From Candidatus Limnocylindrales bacterium (GTDB taxonomy: Bacteria; Desulfobacterota; Binatia; UBA1149; CAITLU01): 64,000 nt of DNA. Position 1 is the first letter of the stretch; every line of letters begins with the position of its first letter. A program made the translations under genes and the position numbers. The DNA lies in NCBI GenBank assembly GCA_035626395.1, contig DASPNR010000013.1, forward strand, positions 89,308-153,307, given 5' to 3'. Below are positions 18,789-27,600 of this stretch, piece by piece. The notes below the pieces were generated by a model, which saw nothing but the letters and a program-made list of their open reading frames with translations, was not told where the DNA came from and did not search any database.

Positions 18789-19523
18789 ATGCGAAAGATC
18801 GCCGTGGTTACCGGAGCATCGGCAGGCATCGGGGCAGCAAGCGCGCGGCGGCTGGCGGCCGACGGCTTCGACGTCGTCATCGGCGCCCGCCGCACCGATC
18901 GGCTGGCCGCACTGGCAAGCGAGATCGGCGCGCGATGGGCGCCGCTGGACGTGACGAATCAGGCCAGCGTCGATGCGTTCTGCGCACCGCTGCCCACCGT
19001 GCACGTGCTGGTGAACAACGCAGGCGGCGCCAAGGGCCTGGCGCCGCTGGCCGAGGCGAACGAAGAGCACTGGCGGTGGATGTACGAAACCAACGTTCTC
19101 GGACTGATGCGCATGACGCGCGGGCTGCTACCGGCGCTGGAACGCTCCGGCGACGGCCACGTCGTCAACGTCGGCTCGATTGCCGGCATCGAGACCTACG
19201 CCGGCGGCGCGGGCTACACGAGCGTCAAGCACGCGGTGCGTGCGATCAGTCACACGCTGCGTCTCGAGCTGCTGGGCCGGCCCGTCCGCGTAACCGAGAT
19301 CGCGCCCGGACTGGTGGAGACCGAGTTCAGCCTCGTGCGATTCGATGGCGATGCTGAACGCGCATCCAAGGTGTATGCGGGCATGCAGCCGCTGACGGCC
19401 GACGATATCGCGGACTGCATCTCCTGGGCCGTGACGCGCCCGAGCCACGTCAACATCGACTACATGCTGGTCAACCCACGCGCGCAGGCGCGCGCGACCC
19501 TGGTTCACCGCGAGCAGAAATAG
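18789..19523 (+). CDS. Short-chain dehydrogenase/reductase (SDR)
   Basis: MRKIAVVTGASAGIG (TGxxxGxG), NNAG, and YTSVKHAV (YxxxK). Confidence 0.9.
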   Translation: MRKIAVVTGASAGIGAASARRLAADGFDVVIGARRTDRLAALASEIGARWAPLDVTNQASVDAFCAPLPTVHVLVNNAGGAKGLAPLAEANEEHWRWMYETNVLGLMRMTRGLLPALERSGDGHVVNVGSIAGIETYAGGAGYTSVKHAVRAISHTLRLELLGRPVRVTEIAPGLVETEFSLVRFDGDAERASKVYAGMQPLTADDIADCISWAVTRPSHVNIDYMLVNPRAQARATLVHREQK

Positions 19524-19547
19524 CCGCGCGGCTCGTCGGCACGAACT

Positions 19548-21749
19548 TCACGCCACGCTCGGCTGAGCTTCCTGCGCGCAGTCGGCTACGTATCGCTCCA
19601 GGCAGCTCTGCAGCGAGGGCAGCAGCACGCCGCGCTCGCTGCCGAGCGCCGAGTAGCGCGGGCGCGGCGCTACCGACGTGCGCGCGCGCGTGGCGCGCAC
19701 GAGCGAGGCCGGGTAGCCCTGCAGCGCGGCCAGCCGCAATGCCAGCTCCGCCCAGCTCACCGCATCCGGATTGGCGACGTGCCACAGGCCGGTCTCGCCG
19801 TCGATGAGCAGGTCGAGGCAGATGCGCGCGAGCTCGGGCACGTACGTAGGAGTGACGACCTGCTCGGGATCGGCTTCGACGACGGTGCCCGAGCGCCAGC
19901 AGCGCGTGGCGTGCTTGAGGAAGTTGTGCTCGTCCCACGGGCCGAAGAACGCGCTGGTGCGAACGATCAGCGCGCCGTCCCACGACGACAGCACCAGCTT
20001 CTCGGCCTCGGCCTTGCTCTCGCCGTATGCGTTGAGCGGGCGAGGGCGGTCGCTCTCGACGTACGGCCGACTGCTCGAGCCGTCGAAGACCAGGTCGGTC
20101 GAGAACGTCATCATCGGAAGTTCCAGGCGGCGGCACTCGCGCGCCAGCACCGCCGCACCTTCGGTGTTTTCGCGGAAGCAGCGCATGCGGTCGGACTCGG
20201 CATCGTCGACGCGCACGTAGCCGGCCGTATTGACGACGGCCCACGGCCGTATGCGCTTCAACGTGGCGAGTACCGATTCCGGATCGGCGATGTCCATCTC
20301 CTTGCGGCTGACGAGTCGATACGGGATCGCGCGCTGGCGGCACAGCCTGGCAAAGGCGCGGCCGAGAGTGCCGGTGGCGCCGGTGATCAGGAGCGGCGTT
20401 CCACCCTCGTCCTGCTCGAGGCAGTCCTGGTCGGCTTCGCGACTGGTGCCCGCGAACGCGCGGCAGGGGCGTCGCCACCACCCGCGATGCGACAGCACCG
20501 GGTGTGCGTAGGCTCCGGCGATCGAATAGCTGCGGATCATGTCGGCCACCGCGGTACGGCGGGGCTGGCGGTCGGGCGTTCGCAGGTCGAACGCGCCCGA
20601 CTCGTAATAGCCGGCGTCGCGCGTGACCAGTGAGTTCCAGTCAAAGGATCCCAGCAGCGCCCACGGCGTGATCGCCCGCACGTCGGCGCCGGCGTCGCGC
20701 GCGCGGTGCGCGCCGTACCACGCCTCCTGCAGCCAGCGCAGCTGGTCTTCGCGCGTGCTGTCGATGTGCACCTCGGTCAGCGCCACGGGAATCCGGTACC
20801 GTTCCCACGCCGCCGACAGCGCCTTCTCGTGTCCGCTGATCTCGATTCCCAGCACGCGCACGGTTTCGACGTCGGCATAGACATCGCGGCCGTTGCCGCC
20901 ATGGCTCCACGCCGGATAGGCGGCCAGGTTCTCGTCGAGGTGGCGGTCGCTGGTGACGTAATAGTTGATGCCGATGATATCGGGCGGGCACGGCCGCTCG
21001 AGCAGGTCCGCGAGCGCGCGTTCGCCGACGGCCTGAGCCAGCGCCGGCCAGAAAGGATGATCGACATCGACCCTTCCGCACAACAGGTCGAAGCCGAGCC
21101 AACGCCGCGCGTTATCGAAGTCGGCCTGATAGCGCAGCCGCGGCGTCGACGTGGTGGTGCCGAGGTCCTCGGTCTGCACGAGCCGCGCCTGCGGCTGCAC
21201 GGCACGGATTTCGCGCATGGCGGCGGCGGTGGCCAGACACTGGTTGACCAGCGCGCGCAGGAAGCACGCGTGGTCCTGCATGTGCGGATACCAGTGTCCG
21301 TACAGCGCGCTGAAGCGGGCAGTGGTCAGGGGCTCGTTGATCGGGGTGTAGTCGAGCATCCACGGATACCGCTCTGCGACGGCGCGAGCGTACTGCGCGA
21401 GCTTCTGCGGAAGGTCGACGTCGAGCAGATCGGTGTTGGAGGGACCGCTTCCGTGGTGAATGAGGCCTGCGATCGGCTCCAGTCCGAGCGTTCGCAGGCG
21501 TTGCAGGCGCTCGTCGGGCCAGCTCCAATCGGCGCGAGCAAGATCGCCTTCGGGAGCGACGGTCTCCCACAACACCGGATACCGCAGGCGGCGCGGCGCG
21601 AGCTCGGCAAAAAGATCGAGATCTTCGATGCGCCATCGGTGGCCGGACCGTGCCATCTGATCGAAGCGCTGGTCGCGCACACGGTTGACGGTGCATTCCA
21701 CACCCGCCCAGATTTCGATGTCGCCTCGCACAGGAGTCAGGGATCGCAT
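19548..21749 (-). CDS. Fusion protein: N-terminal GH1-like TIM-barrel domain plus C-terminal RmlD-like (dTDP-4-dehydrorhamnose reductase-type) NAD(P)-binding domain
   Basis: The N half has YTPINEP (GH1 acid/base-like NEP) and ALTEVH. The C half has LLITGATGTLG, DIADPESV, VVNTAGY and NAYGESKAEAE (YxxxK). Confidence 0.8.
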   Translation of the reverse strand: MRSLTPVRGDIEIWAGVECTVNRVRDQRFDQMARSGHRWRIEDLDLFAELAPRRLRYPVLWETVAPEGDLARADWSWPDERLQRLRTLGLEPIAGLIHHGSGPSNTDLLDVDLPQKLAQYARAVAERYPWMLDYTPINEPLTTARFSALYGHWYPHMQDHACFLRALVNQCLATAAAMREIRAVQPQARLVQTEDLGTTTSTPRLRYQADFDNARRWLGFDLLCGRVDVDHPFWPALAQAVGERALADLLERPCPPDIIGINYYVTSDRHLDENLAAYPAWSHGGNGRDVYADVETVRVLGIEISGHEKALSAAWERYRIPVALTEVHIDSTREDQLRWLQEAWYGAHRARDAGADVRAITPWALLGSFDWNSLVTRDAGYYESGAFDLRTPDRQPRRTAVADMIRSYSIAGAYAHPVLSHRGWWRRPCRAFAGTSREADQDCLEQDEGGTPLLITGATGTLGRAFARLCRQRAIPYRLVSRKEMDIADPESVLATLKRIRPWAVVNTAGYVRVDDAESDRMRCFRENTEGAAVLARECRRLELPMMTFSTDLVFDGSSSRPYVESDRPRPLNAYGESKAEAEKLVLSSWDGALIVRTSAFFGPWDEHNFLKHATRCWRSGTVVEADPEQVVTPTYVPELARICLDLLIDGETGLWHVANPDAVSWAELALRLAALQGYPASLVRATRARTSVAPRPRYSALGSERGVLLPSLQSCLERYVADCAQEAQPSVA

Positions 21750-21926
21750 GAGGTAAATGCTACGTTGGCCCGTGCAGGCCGTGAAGACGGTTGCCGGCGG
21801 CGGTGGGGCGCGTGGGGACGATGCCTCGATTTCTACCCGGGTTGTGGGTACGATCGTGCGCGTCGCCGCACCTGAACGGTCCGCATTACCGATGGTGCCC
21901 GCTGTCGAACGAGGACGCGGGCGCGG

Positions 21927-22787
21927 CTACTCGTCGCCCATGACGAGGCCTTCGATGTCGTGCTTCTGAATGACGGGCTCGAGCTTGTCGACGATGCGGC
22001 ACACCAGATGCTCCCGCACCGACGCCGGCAGCGCATCGTAATACTCGCGCGTCACCATCGGGTCGTGCAATGCGGCGTGCCCTGCACCTGGCGCGTCGAC
22101 ACCGAGCACCAGCACCGGGCGCGCGATCGGCGACGGATGCGGCGTGCCTCGATGCACCGTCAGCGCCGACCTGCAGCTGATGTCGCCCGCCTTCGGATAT
22201 TTGCGGACGCCGCGCTCCTCGTAGCGCGGCCATTCTTCCCTGGGCGGAAACATCTCGTGCTTCCAATGCCGCCCGTCGTCCCACTGCGTGCCCGGCGCGA
22301 TCTCGAACGGTCCCATGTCGGGCGTGACGTCGACACCGGTCATGTTGAACGCCAGCGAGGTGATGCGGCGCTGCTCGTACGTCTCGGGCGGAGACGGAAA
22401 GTCGCGGTGCCAGGGCTGGCGCCGGGCTCCCTGGAATGGAACGTCGAAGCCCAGCTCGACGACCTCGTAGTCCGGGCCCAGAACCTGCTCGCACATCGCC
22501 GTCACCCACGGATGCGTCACGAGATCGACGAAACCCGCAAGCTGTTGCGGGTGGATCTCGACATACCAGCGCCGCGGGCCGCGGCCGACCGAGCCGCCCG
22601 GAATCTGAATGGCCGCCCAGAACGCGGTCATGATGTCCTCTCGCATCTGCTCGACCCACTCGCGAGAGAAGGCGCCCGAGAGCGCGGTGATGCCGTCGCG
22701 GTAGAGCTCGGCGACGGCAGAGGCTGCATGGGGGTTGGTGGCGAGCTTCGTGTCCGCTTCGTTTGCGCGATCGGTCGAGGTGCTCAT
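21927..22787 (-). CDS. Phytanoyl-CoA dioxygenase (PhyH)-like Fe(II)/2-oxoglutarate oxygenase
   Basis: Internal ATG 22787 (MSTSTDRANE). QPWHRDFP (HxD), RSALTVHRGTPH (distal His) and the overall PhyH-like pattern. Confidence 0.7.
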   Translation of the reverse strand: MSTSTDRANEADTKLATNPHAASAVAELYRDGITALSGAFSREWVEQMREDIMTAFWAAIQIPGGSVGRGPRRWYVEIHPQQLAGFVDLVTHPWVTAMCEQVLGPDYEVVELGFDVPFQGARRQPWHRDFPSPPETYEQRRITSLAFNMTGVDVTPDMGPFEIAPGTQWDDGRHWKHEMFPPREEWPRYEERGVRKYPKAGDISCRSALTVHRGTPHPSPIARPVLVLGVDAPGAGHAALHDPMVTREYYDALPASVREHLVCRIVDKLEPVIQKHDIEGLVMGDE

Positions 22788-23037
22788 GGCGGCCCACAGT
22801 GTGCGACCGCCGGCTGCGAATTTCCATGGCCGAACGCGGCGTGCACCCTCACCGGCGGCTGCGATGCGCGCCGCGCGTGCGCGCCACACACCCGAAAGAC
22901 TCAACGCGCACGCTGGTCCTGGATCTGGAACAGACGGAGTTTCCCGCCTCCGCGACCGCACCGACGCACGCAGGCGCATCGATGCTGCCTCGGCAAGGGC
23001 GGCAGGCAATGCCGCCGTGACCGCGGCGAGGCCGCCG

Positions 23038-23889
23038 CTACTCCACGTACACCACGAGGGAACGCACGTTCGTCACGCCCGTGGAGTTGAAGATGTACTC
23101 GCCGGTCTGGCCCTTGGCCAGAGTGGTGATCGCACCGCCGAGCGCCACCAGGCCATCACTCTGGCGCAGGTAGTCCAGCCCCATGCCATTGATGGCGATG
23201 TCGACGACGTGAGCGAGAGAGCTGTCGGCGACGAGGGTTCCATAGACGGTGCCGTCGCCAAGATCGGCAAAGGCGGCCAGGCCGCCGGCGCCGGTGAGCG
23301 TGGCGATCGGTGTGGCGATGGCAAAGAGCGTGTACGTCTCGCTCGGATCGGCGCTGTTGTACGGGGCCTGAACATCCGGCGCGGTCGATAGATGGAGCAG
23401 CCCGCTGGTGATGTAGCCATCCAGCGAAGACAGGTCGAAGACCAGATAGTTGCGAAGCTCGCTGCCGTTGACGCCGGCGTACCAGCCCACCGCGTAGCCA
23501 TTCGAGCTGCGAGTGCCGGCGGCGTTGTAGAAGCCGACCGAGGTTGCCGCAAAGCCGCGCTGATTGCTGCAGCTGAGCGTGGGCGGCAGGCTGCCGACGG
23601 CGACGCGCAGCACTGCCAGCGCATCGACGGCCGTGACCTGGCCGTCCAGGCTCAGGTCCGCCTCCGGGACTTCCTCGACCTGTCCGACGCCCATCTTCAG
23701 AGCCAGCAGCCCGTCGCTCGCGCTGACGTTGCAGTCGCCGGTCAGCTCGCCGCAGAAGAAGATGGTCTGGTAGCCGGGACAGTTGCCGCCGGCGCGCGCC
23801 GGCAGCGTCGTCAGGATCAGCGCCAGCGCGGCAGCGAGGCCGGCCAGCGCCGCAATGCGCGGGTTGCGTGCAGTGAATGCGGAGATCAT
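23038..23889 (-). CDS. Secreted protein with an N-terminal dockerin-like repeat pair and an unknown C-terminal domain
   Basis: Internal ATG 23889 gives the signal peptide MISAFTARNPRIAALAGLAAALALILTTLPARA. Two dockerin/EF-hand-like segments are GDCNVSASDGLLALKMGVG and DLSLDGQVTAVDALAVLRVAVG. Confidence 0.6.
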   Translation of the reverse strand: MISAFTARNPRIAALAGLAAALALILTTLPARAGGNCPGYQTIFFCGELTGDCNVSASDGLLALKMGVGQVEEVPEADLSLDGQVTAVDALAVLRVAVGSLPPTLSCSNQRGFAATSVGFYNAAGTRSSNGYAVGWYAGVNGSELRNYLVFDLSSLDGYITSGLLHLSTAPDVQAPYNSADPSETYTLFAIATPIATLTGAGGLAAFADLGDGTVYGTLVADSSLAHVVDIAINGMGLDYLRQSDGLVALGGAITTLAKGQTGEYIFNSTGVTNVRSLVVYVE

Positions 23890-24121
23890 CGTTGGTGCCC
23901 TCCGTGCGCTAATTAGCGCAAGATCCTTCGGCACGCCACGGTGTGGCCGTGCAAAGTCGCGGCTGCAGCGTCGATGCCGGGCGCTCGAGGTGCCGTCGTC
24001 CATCGTCGCGCCAGAGGAACGACGAGAAGCTGAAGATTTCTTACGGCTACGCCGTCTTGCTGGCAGCAGGATGAAGCGTCACTATCGCACGAACGGCTCC
24101 GCGGGCCCGACGGGATGATCG

Positions 24122-24334
24122 ATGAAATTTAGAATCGTCTTAGGAATGGCTGCGGATGGAACGATGGTGGCGGCGGTCCCGTCCTTGCCCGGCTGCATCT
24201 CGCACGGCACCACACGCAAGGAGGCGGTGATGAACGCCCGCGAAGCCATCGCGGGCTACCTCGAGAGCCTGCGCGAACGCGGCGAGCCGATCCCGCCGTT
24301 CACCGACGAAGAGATCATCGACATTCCGACCTGA
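24122..24334 (+). CDS. hicB: HicB-like antitoxin (UPF0150 / HicB_lk domain only)
   Basis: MKFRIVL..DGTMVAAVPSLPGCISHGTTRKEAVMNAREAIAGYLESL fits the HicB N-domain pattern. The product is 70 aa, in a locally lower-GC context. Confidence 0.8.
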   Translation: MKFRIVLGMAADGTMVAAVPSLPGCISHGTTRKEAVMNAREAIAGYLESLRERGEPIPPFTDEEIIDIPT

Positions 24335-24351
24335 GTGCGTGCCGGGGCTGT

Positions 24352-25320
24352 TCATGGCCCATCCTGGCTGCAGACTCCCCAGTCATCGTCCGCATCGCCA
24401 AGGGCGGCGTGGCTGCGTTCGCACACGGTTTTGGTGACGCGGGGCTTGTCGCAGCTCTCGATGTCGACGCAGACGACGCCGGAATCGCAATCCGGATCGG
24501 AGCCATTGGCGGAGAGCTCGCTGTCGCGCACACCGATCGGCAGCGATGGGTCGCACTCGCTCACGCGCATGCCCGACAGGCCGTTGCCGCGGATGACGGA
24601 GTCGGTGATGCGCACCAGCAGGTCGGCGTAGCGCACGCCGTCGCTGGCGTTGTTCAGAATGGCCGAGCCGTCGATGCGCAGCCGGCCGGGATGATAGGCG
24701 GACCCGAAATAACTGACGATGCCGTTGTCGCCGTTGCCGTCGATGGTGGAGTCGAAGACGTTGACGCGGCCGAAAATGCGAAGGCCGTCGAGGCGGTTGC
24801 CAGTGACGCGCGAATTCGACAGTCGCAGGCCCTTCGGCGCACACACGCCGGTGCCGCCGCTGGAGATCGTGCTGTCGGAGATGATGACCTTGTTGCCGTC
24901 GACCAGACAGCCGTTGCCCGTCTCGGCGCCCGAGACGTCCATGTTGCGCGCGATCAACTGTCCTCCCAGCGCAAGCACCGTCCCTTCCTGCGTGAAGCGA
25001 TCGAGGATGATTCGCCCGGGGCGTCCGCTGACCTGGTTGTCCAGGATGGCTCCGCGATGCGTGCCTGGGCCTCGGATTTCGCACGACCAGAGGCAGTAGA
25101 TGCGGTTGCCGCTGATCGTGAAGCCGCGAAGGTCGAGGCTGGCGTTTTCGAGCCGGACGGAGTCGGCGGTGGTGCAGCTCAGGTTGCGCGTCAGAAAGCC
25201 CGTATCGTTGACCACGGCCTGTCCGCAGGAGGTGATGGCTACTTCGGCGCCGCCTGCCGATGCCCGGATCGTGATGGCAATGACGAGCGCGGCACGAGCA
25301 CCGAGTGATGCGTGTTTCAT
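24352..25320 (-). CDS. Secreted right-handed parallel beta-helix repeat protein with a Cys-rich C-terminal tail
   Basis: It has a signal peptide (MKHASLGARAALVIAITIRASA). Repeated ~22-aa turns end in N/D-G motifs (ISGNRI, VSGAETGNG, STISSGG, VTGNRLDG, IDGNGDNG, ILNNASDG, IRGNGLSG). Confidence 0.75.
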   Translation of the reverse strand: MKHASLGARAALVIAITIRASAGGAEVAITSCGQAVVNDTGFLTRNLSCTTADSVRLENASLDLRGFTISGNRIYCLWSCEIRGPGTHRGAILDNQVSGRPGRIILDRFTQEGTVLALGGQLIARNMDVSGAETGNGCLVDGNKVIISDSTISSGGTGVCAPKGLRLSNSRVTGNRLDGLRIFGRVNVFDSTIDGNGDNGIVSYFGSAYHPGRLRIDGSAILNNASDGVRYADLLVRITDSVIRGNGLSGMRVSECDPSLPIGVRDSELSANGSDPDCDSGVVCVDIESCDKPRVTKTVCERSHAALGDADDDWGVCSQDGP

Positions 25321-25504
25321 GGCGAGGCCCTCCGCCGTCTCGACTAGCAGGGTGGCCGAAGACCGGTCAACGGCGTTTCTGGCTCCGATGCGAAAAGACG
25401 CCGAACCCAGGCTGTCCGTGGCGTAGACAGCGCCTGACGAACGTCACAGCGGTGTTTCGCACATGGCACGGCGGCCACCGCCGCAGGCCCTGCCCGGCGC
25501 TCCT

Positions 25505-26431
25505 CTAGCGAGCCTCTTCGGTCCCCACCAGCCAGGCCAGGATCGCCTTCTGGATGTGAAGGCGGTTCTCGGCCTGCTCGAGCACGATCGAGCGCGGGCC
25601 GTCGATGACGCTGGCGGTGATTTCCTCTCCACGATGGGCAGGCAGGCAGTGCATGACGACTGCATCGGACGCGGCCTTCGCGACCACCGCGTCGTTGATC
25701 TGATAGCGCGCGAACGCCTTTCGGCGCCGCTCGGCCTCCACCTCCTGCCCCATGCTCGTCCACACGTCGGTGTAGAGCACGTCCGCGCCTTTGACGGCCG
25801 CGGCCACGTCGTGCGTGATCAGGATGCGGCCTGGCGCGGCGGCTTCGGCCTCGGCCAGGATGTCGGCGTCGGGCTCGTAGCCGGCGGGGCAGGCCAGGCG
25901 GAAGTCGAAGCCGAGCTTGACGGTGGCAAGCAGCCAGGAGTGAACCATGTTGTTGCCGTCGCCCACGAACGCGACCTTGAGACCCTCGGTGTTCTCGCGC
26001 AGTTCGATCAGCGTCAGGACGTCGGCCAGCACCTGACACGGATGATAGAGGTCGGAGAGGCCGTTGATGACGGGTACCGTGGAGTTCTGCGCCAGATCGA
26101 CCACCGACTTGTGCGAGAACGTGCGTGCCACGATGACGTCGACCCAGCGCGAGAGGTTGGCGGCGATGTCGGAGACCGGCTCGCGCGTTCCGAGCTGGAT
26201 GTCGCCGGGCGCAAGGTAGATGGCATCGCCGCCGAGCTGGTACATGCCGGTCTCGAACGTCACCCGCGTTCGCAGGCTCGGTTTTTCGAAGATCATCGCC
26301 AGCGTGCGTCCCGTCAGCCAGCGGTGCGGCCGACGATTGCGCACGTCGTCCTTCATGCGGCGCGCGAGCGCGACCAGGTGCAGGATCTCCTCGCGCGACA
26401 GATCGCGCAGCGTGACGAGGTCTCTCTTCAT
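25505..26431 (-). CDS. argF: Ornithine carbamoyltransferase
   Basis: Internal ATG 26431 overlaps the argD stop (ATGA). Motifs are FEKPSLRTR, HPCQVLAD and HCLPAHRGEE. Confidence 0.95.
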   Translation of the reverse strand: MKRDLVTLRDLSREEILHLVALARRMKDDVRNRRPHRWLTGRTLAMIFEKPSLRTRVTFETGMYQLGGDAIYLAPGDIQLGTREPVSDIAANLSRWVDVIVARTFSHKSVVDLAQNSTVPVINGLSDLYHPCQVLADVLTLIELRENTEGLKVAFVGDGNNMVHSWLLATVKLGFDFRLACPAGYEPDADILAEAEAAAPGRILITHDVAAAVKGADVLYTDVWTSMGQEVEAERRRKAFARYQINDAVVAKAASDAVVMHCLPAHRGEEITASVIDGPRSIVLEQAENRLHIQKAILAWLVGTEEAR

Positions 26432-27600
26432 GACTTCACCGCCTCGGCGATGGCCAAAGCGCCTTCTTCGGCCTCCGCCTGCGTCAGCACCAGCGGCGGC
26501 AGCAACCGCAGGACGCAGCCGGCCGTGGCGTTGGCGATGACACCGCGCTCGAGCAGCCGCTGCACCACCGGCCGCGCCTCGCTCGTCAACTCCACGCCGA
26601 TCATCAGGCCCTTGCCACGAATGTCGACGACCTTGTCGCAGCCGGCCAGCAGCTTGCGCAGCCGGTTCATCAGGTAGTCGCCGACGCGCGCGGCGTTCTC
26701 GGTAACGCCGCCTTCGACGAGCTCGCGCAGGACGGCCACGCCAGCCGCGCAGCAGACGGGGTTGGCGCCGAACGTGGTGCCGTGCGAACCCGGAACCAGG
26801 CCCGCCGCCACTTCCTCGCGCGCGATCACTGCACCGAGCGGAAGACCGGCCGCGATGCCCTTGGCCGTGGTCAGGATGTCGGGCATCACGCCTTCGTGCT
26901 CGTAGGCGAAGAGCTTGCCGGTGCGGCCGTTGCCGGTCTGCACTTCGTCGAGGATCAGCAGCACGCCGCTGTCGTCGCAGATCCTGCGCAGCGCCTTCAG
27001 ATAGCCCGGCGGCGGCACCAGGATCCCGCCCTCGCCGATGATGGGCTCGACCAGCACGGCGGCCGTGTCGGCATCGATGGCGGCGGCGATCGCATCGGCG
27101 CTGCACGGCTCCACGTGCACGAACCCCTCGAGCATCGGGCCGAAGCCTTCCTTGAGGCCGTCCTGCCCCGTGGCCGACAGCGCGCCGTAGGTGCGGCCGT
27201 GAAAGGAGCGGTGCACCGAGACGATCTTGTAGCGTCCCTTCGCATGCCGGCGCGCCATCTTGATCGCGGCCTCGTTGGCCTCGGCGCCGCTGTTGCAGAA
27301 GAAGGCACGGTCGCCGAACGTCAGCTCCACCAGCCGCTCCGCCAACGCCGCGCCGGGCTCGTGGTAGTAGAGGTTGGACGTGTGCATCAGCCGCTCGCTC
27401 TGCTCGCGGATGGCGGCAGTGACGCGAGGATGCGCGCATCCCATCGAGGAGACGCCGAGGCCCGAGAACAGGTCGAGGTAGTCGCGGCCGTCCTCGCCGC
27501 GCAGTCGGCAGCCCTTGCCCGAGACGAACGCGACCGGGAACCGCGCGTAGTTGCCGACCAGGTACCGATCGCTGCGCGTGATGATGGAGCTGGTGCTCAC
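26428..27600 (-). CDS. argD: Acetylornithine aminotransferase
   Basis: There is no ATG in frame, so GTG 27600 overlapping the argB stop (GTGA) is the likely start (VSTSSIITRSDRYLVGNYARFP). It is a class-III aminotransferase pattern (FCNSGAEANEAAIK, LILDEVQTGNGRTG, TTAKG). Confidence 0.9.
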   Translation of the reverse strand: MSTSSIITRSDRYLVGNYARFPVAFVSGKGCRLRGEDGRDYLDLFSGLGVSSMGCAHPRVTAAIREQSERLMHTSNLYYHEPGAALAERLVELTFGDRAFFCNSGAEANEAAIKMARRHAKGRYKIVSVHRSFHGRTYGALSATGQDGLKEGFGPMLEGFVHVEPCSADAIAAAIDADTAAVLVEPIIGEGGILVPPPGYLKALRRICDDSGVLLILDEVQTGNGRTGKLFAYEHEGVMPDILTTAKGIAAGLPLGAVIAREEVAAGLVPGSHGTTFGANPVCCAAGVAVLRELVEGGVTENAARVGDYLMNRLRKLLAGCDKVVDIRGKGLMIGVELTSEARPVVQRLLERGVIANATAGCVLRLLPPLVLTQAEAEEGALAIAEAVKS

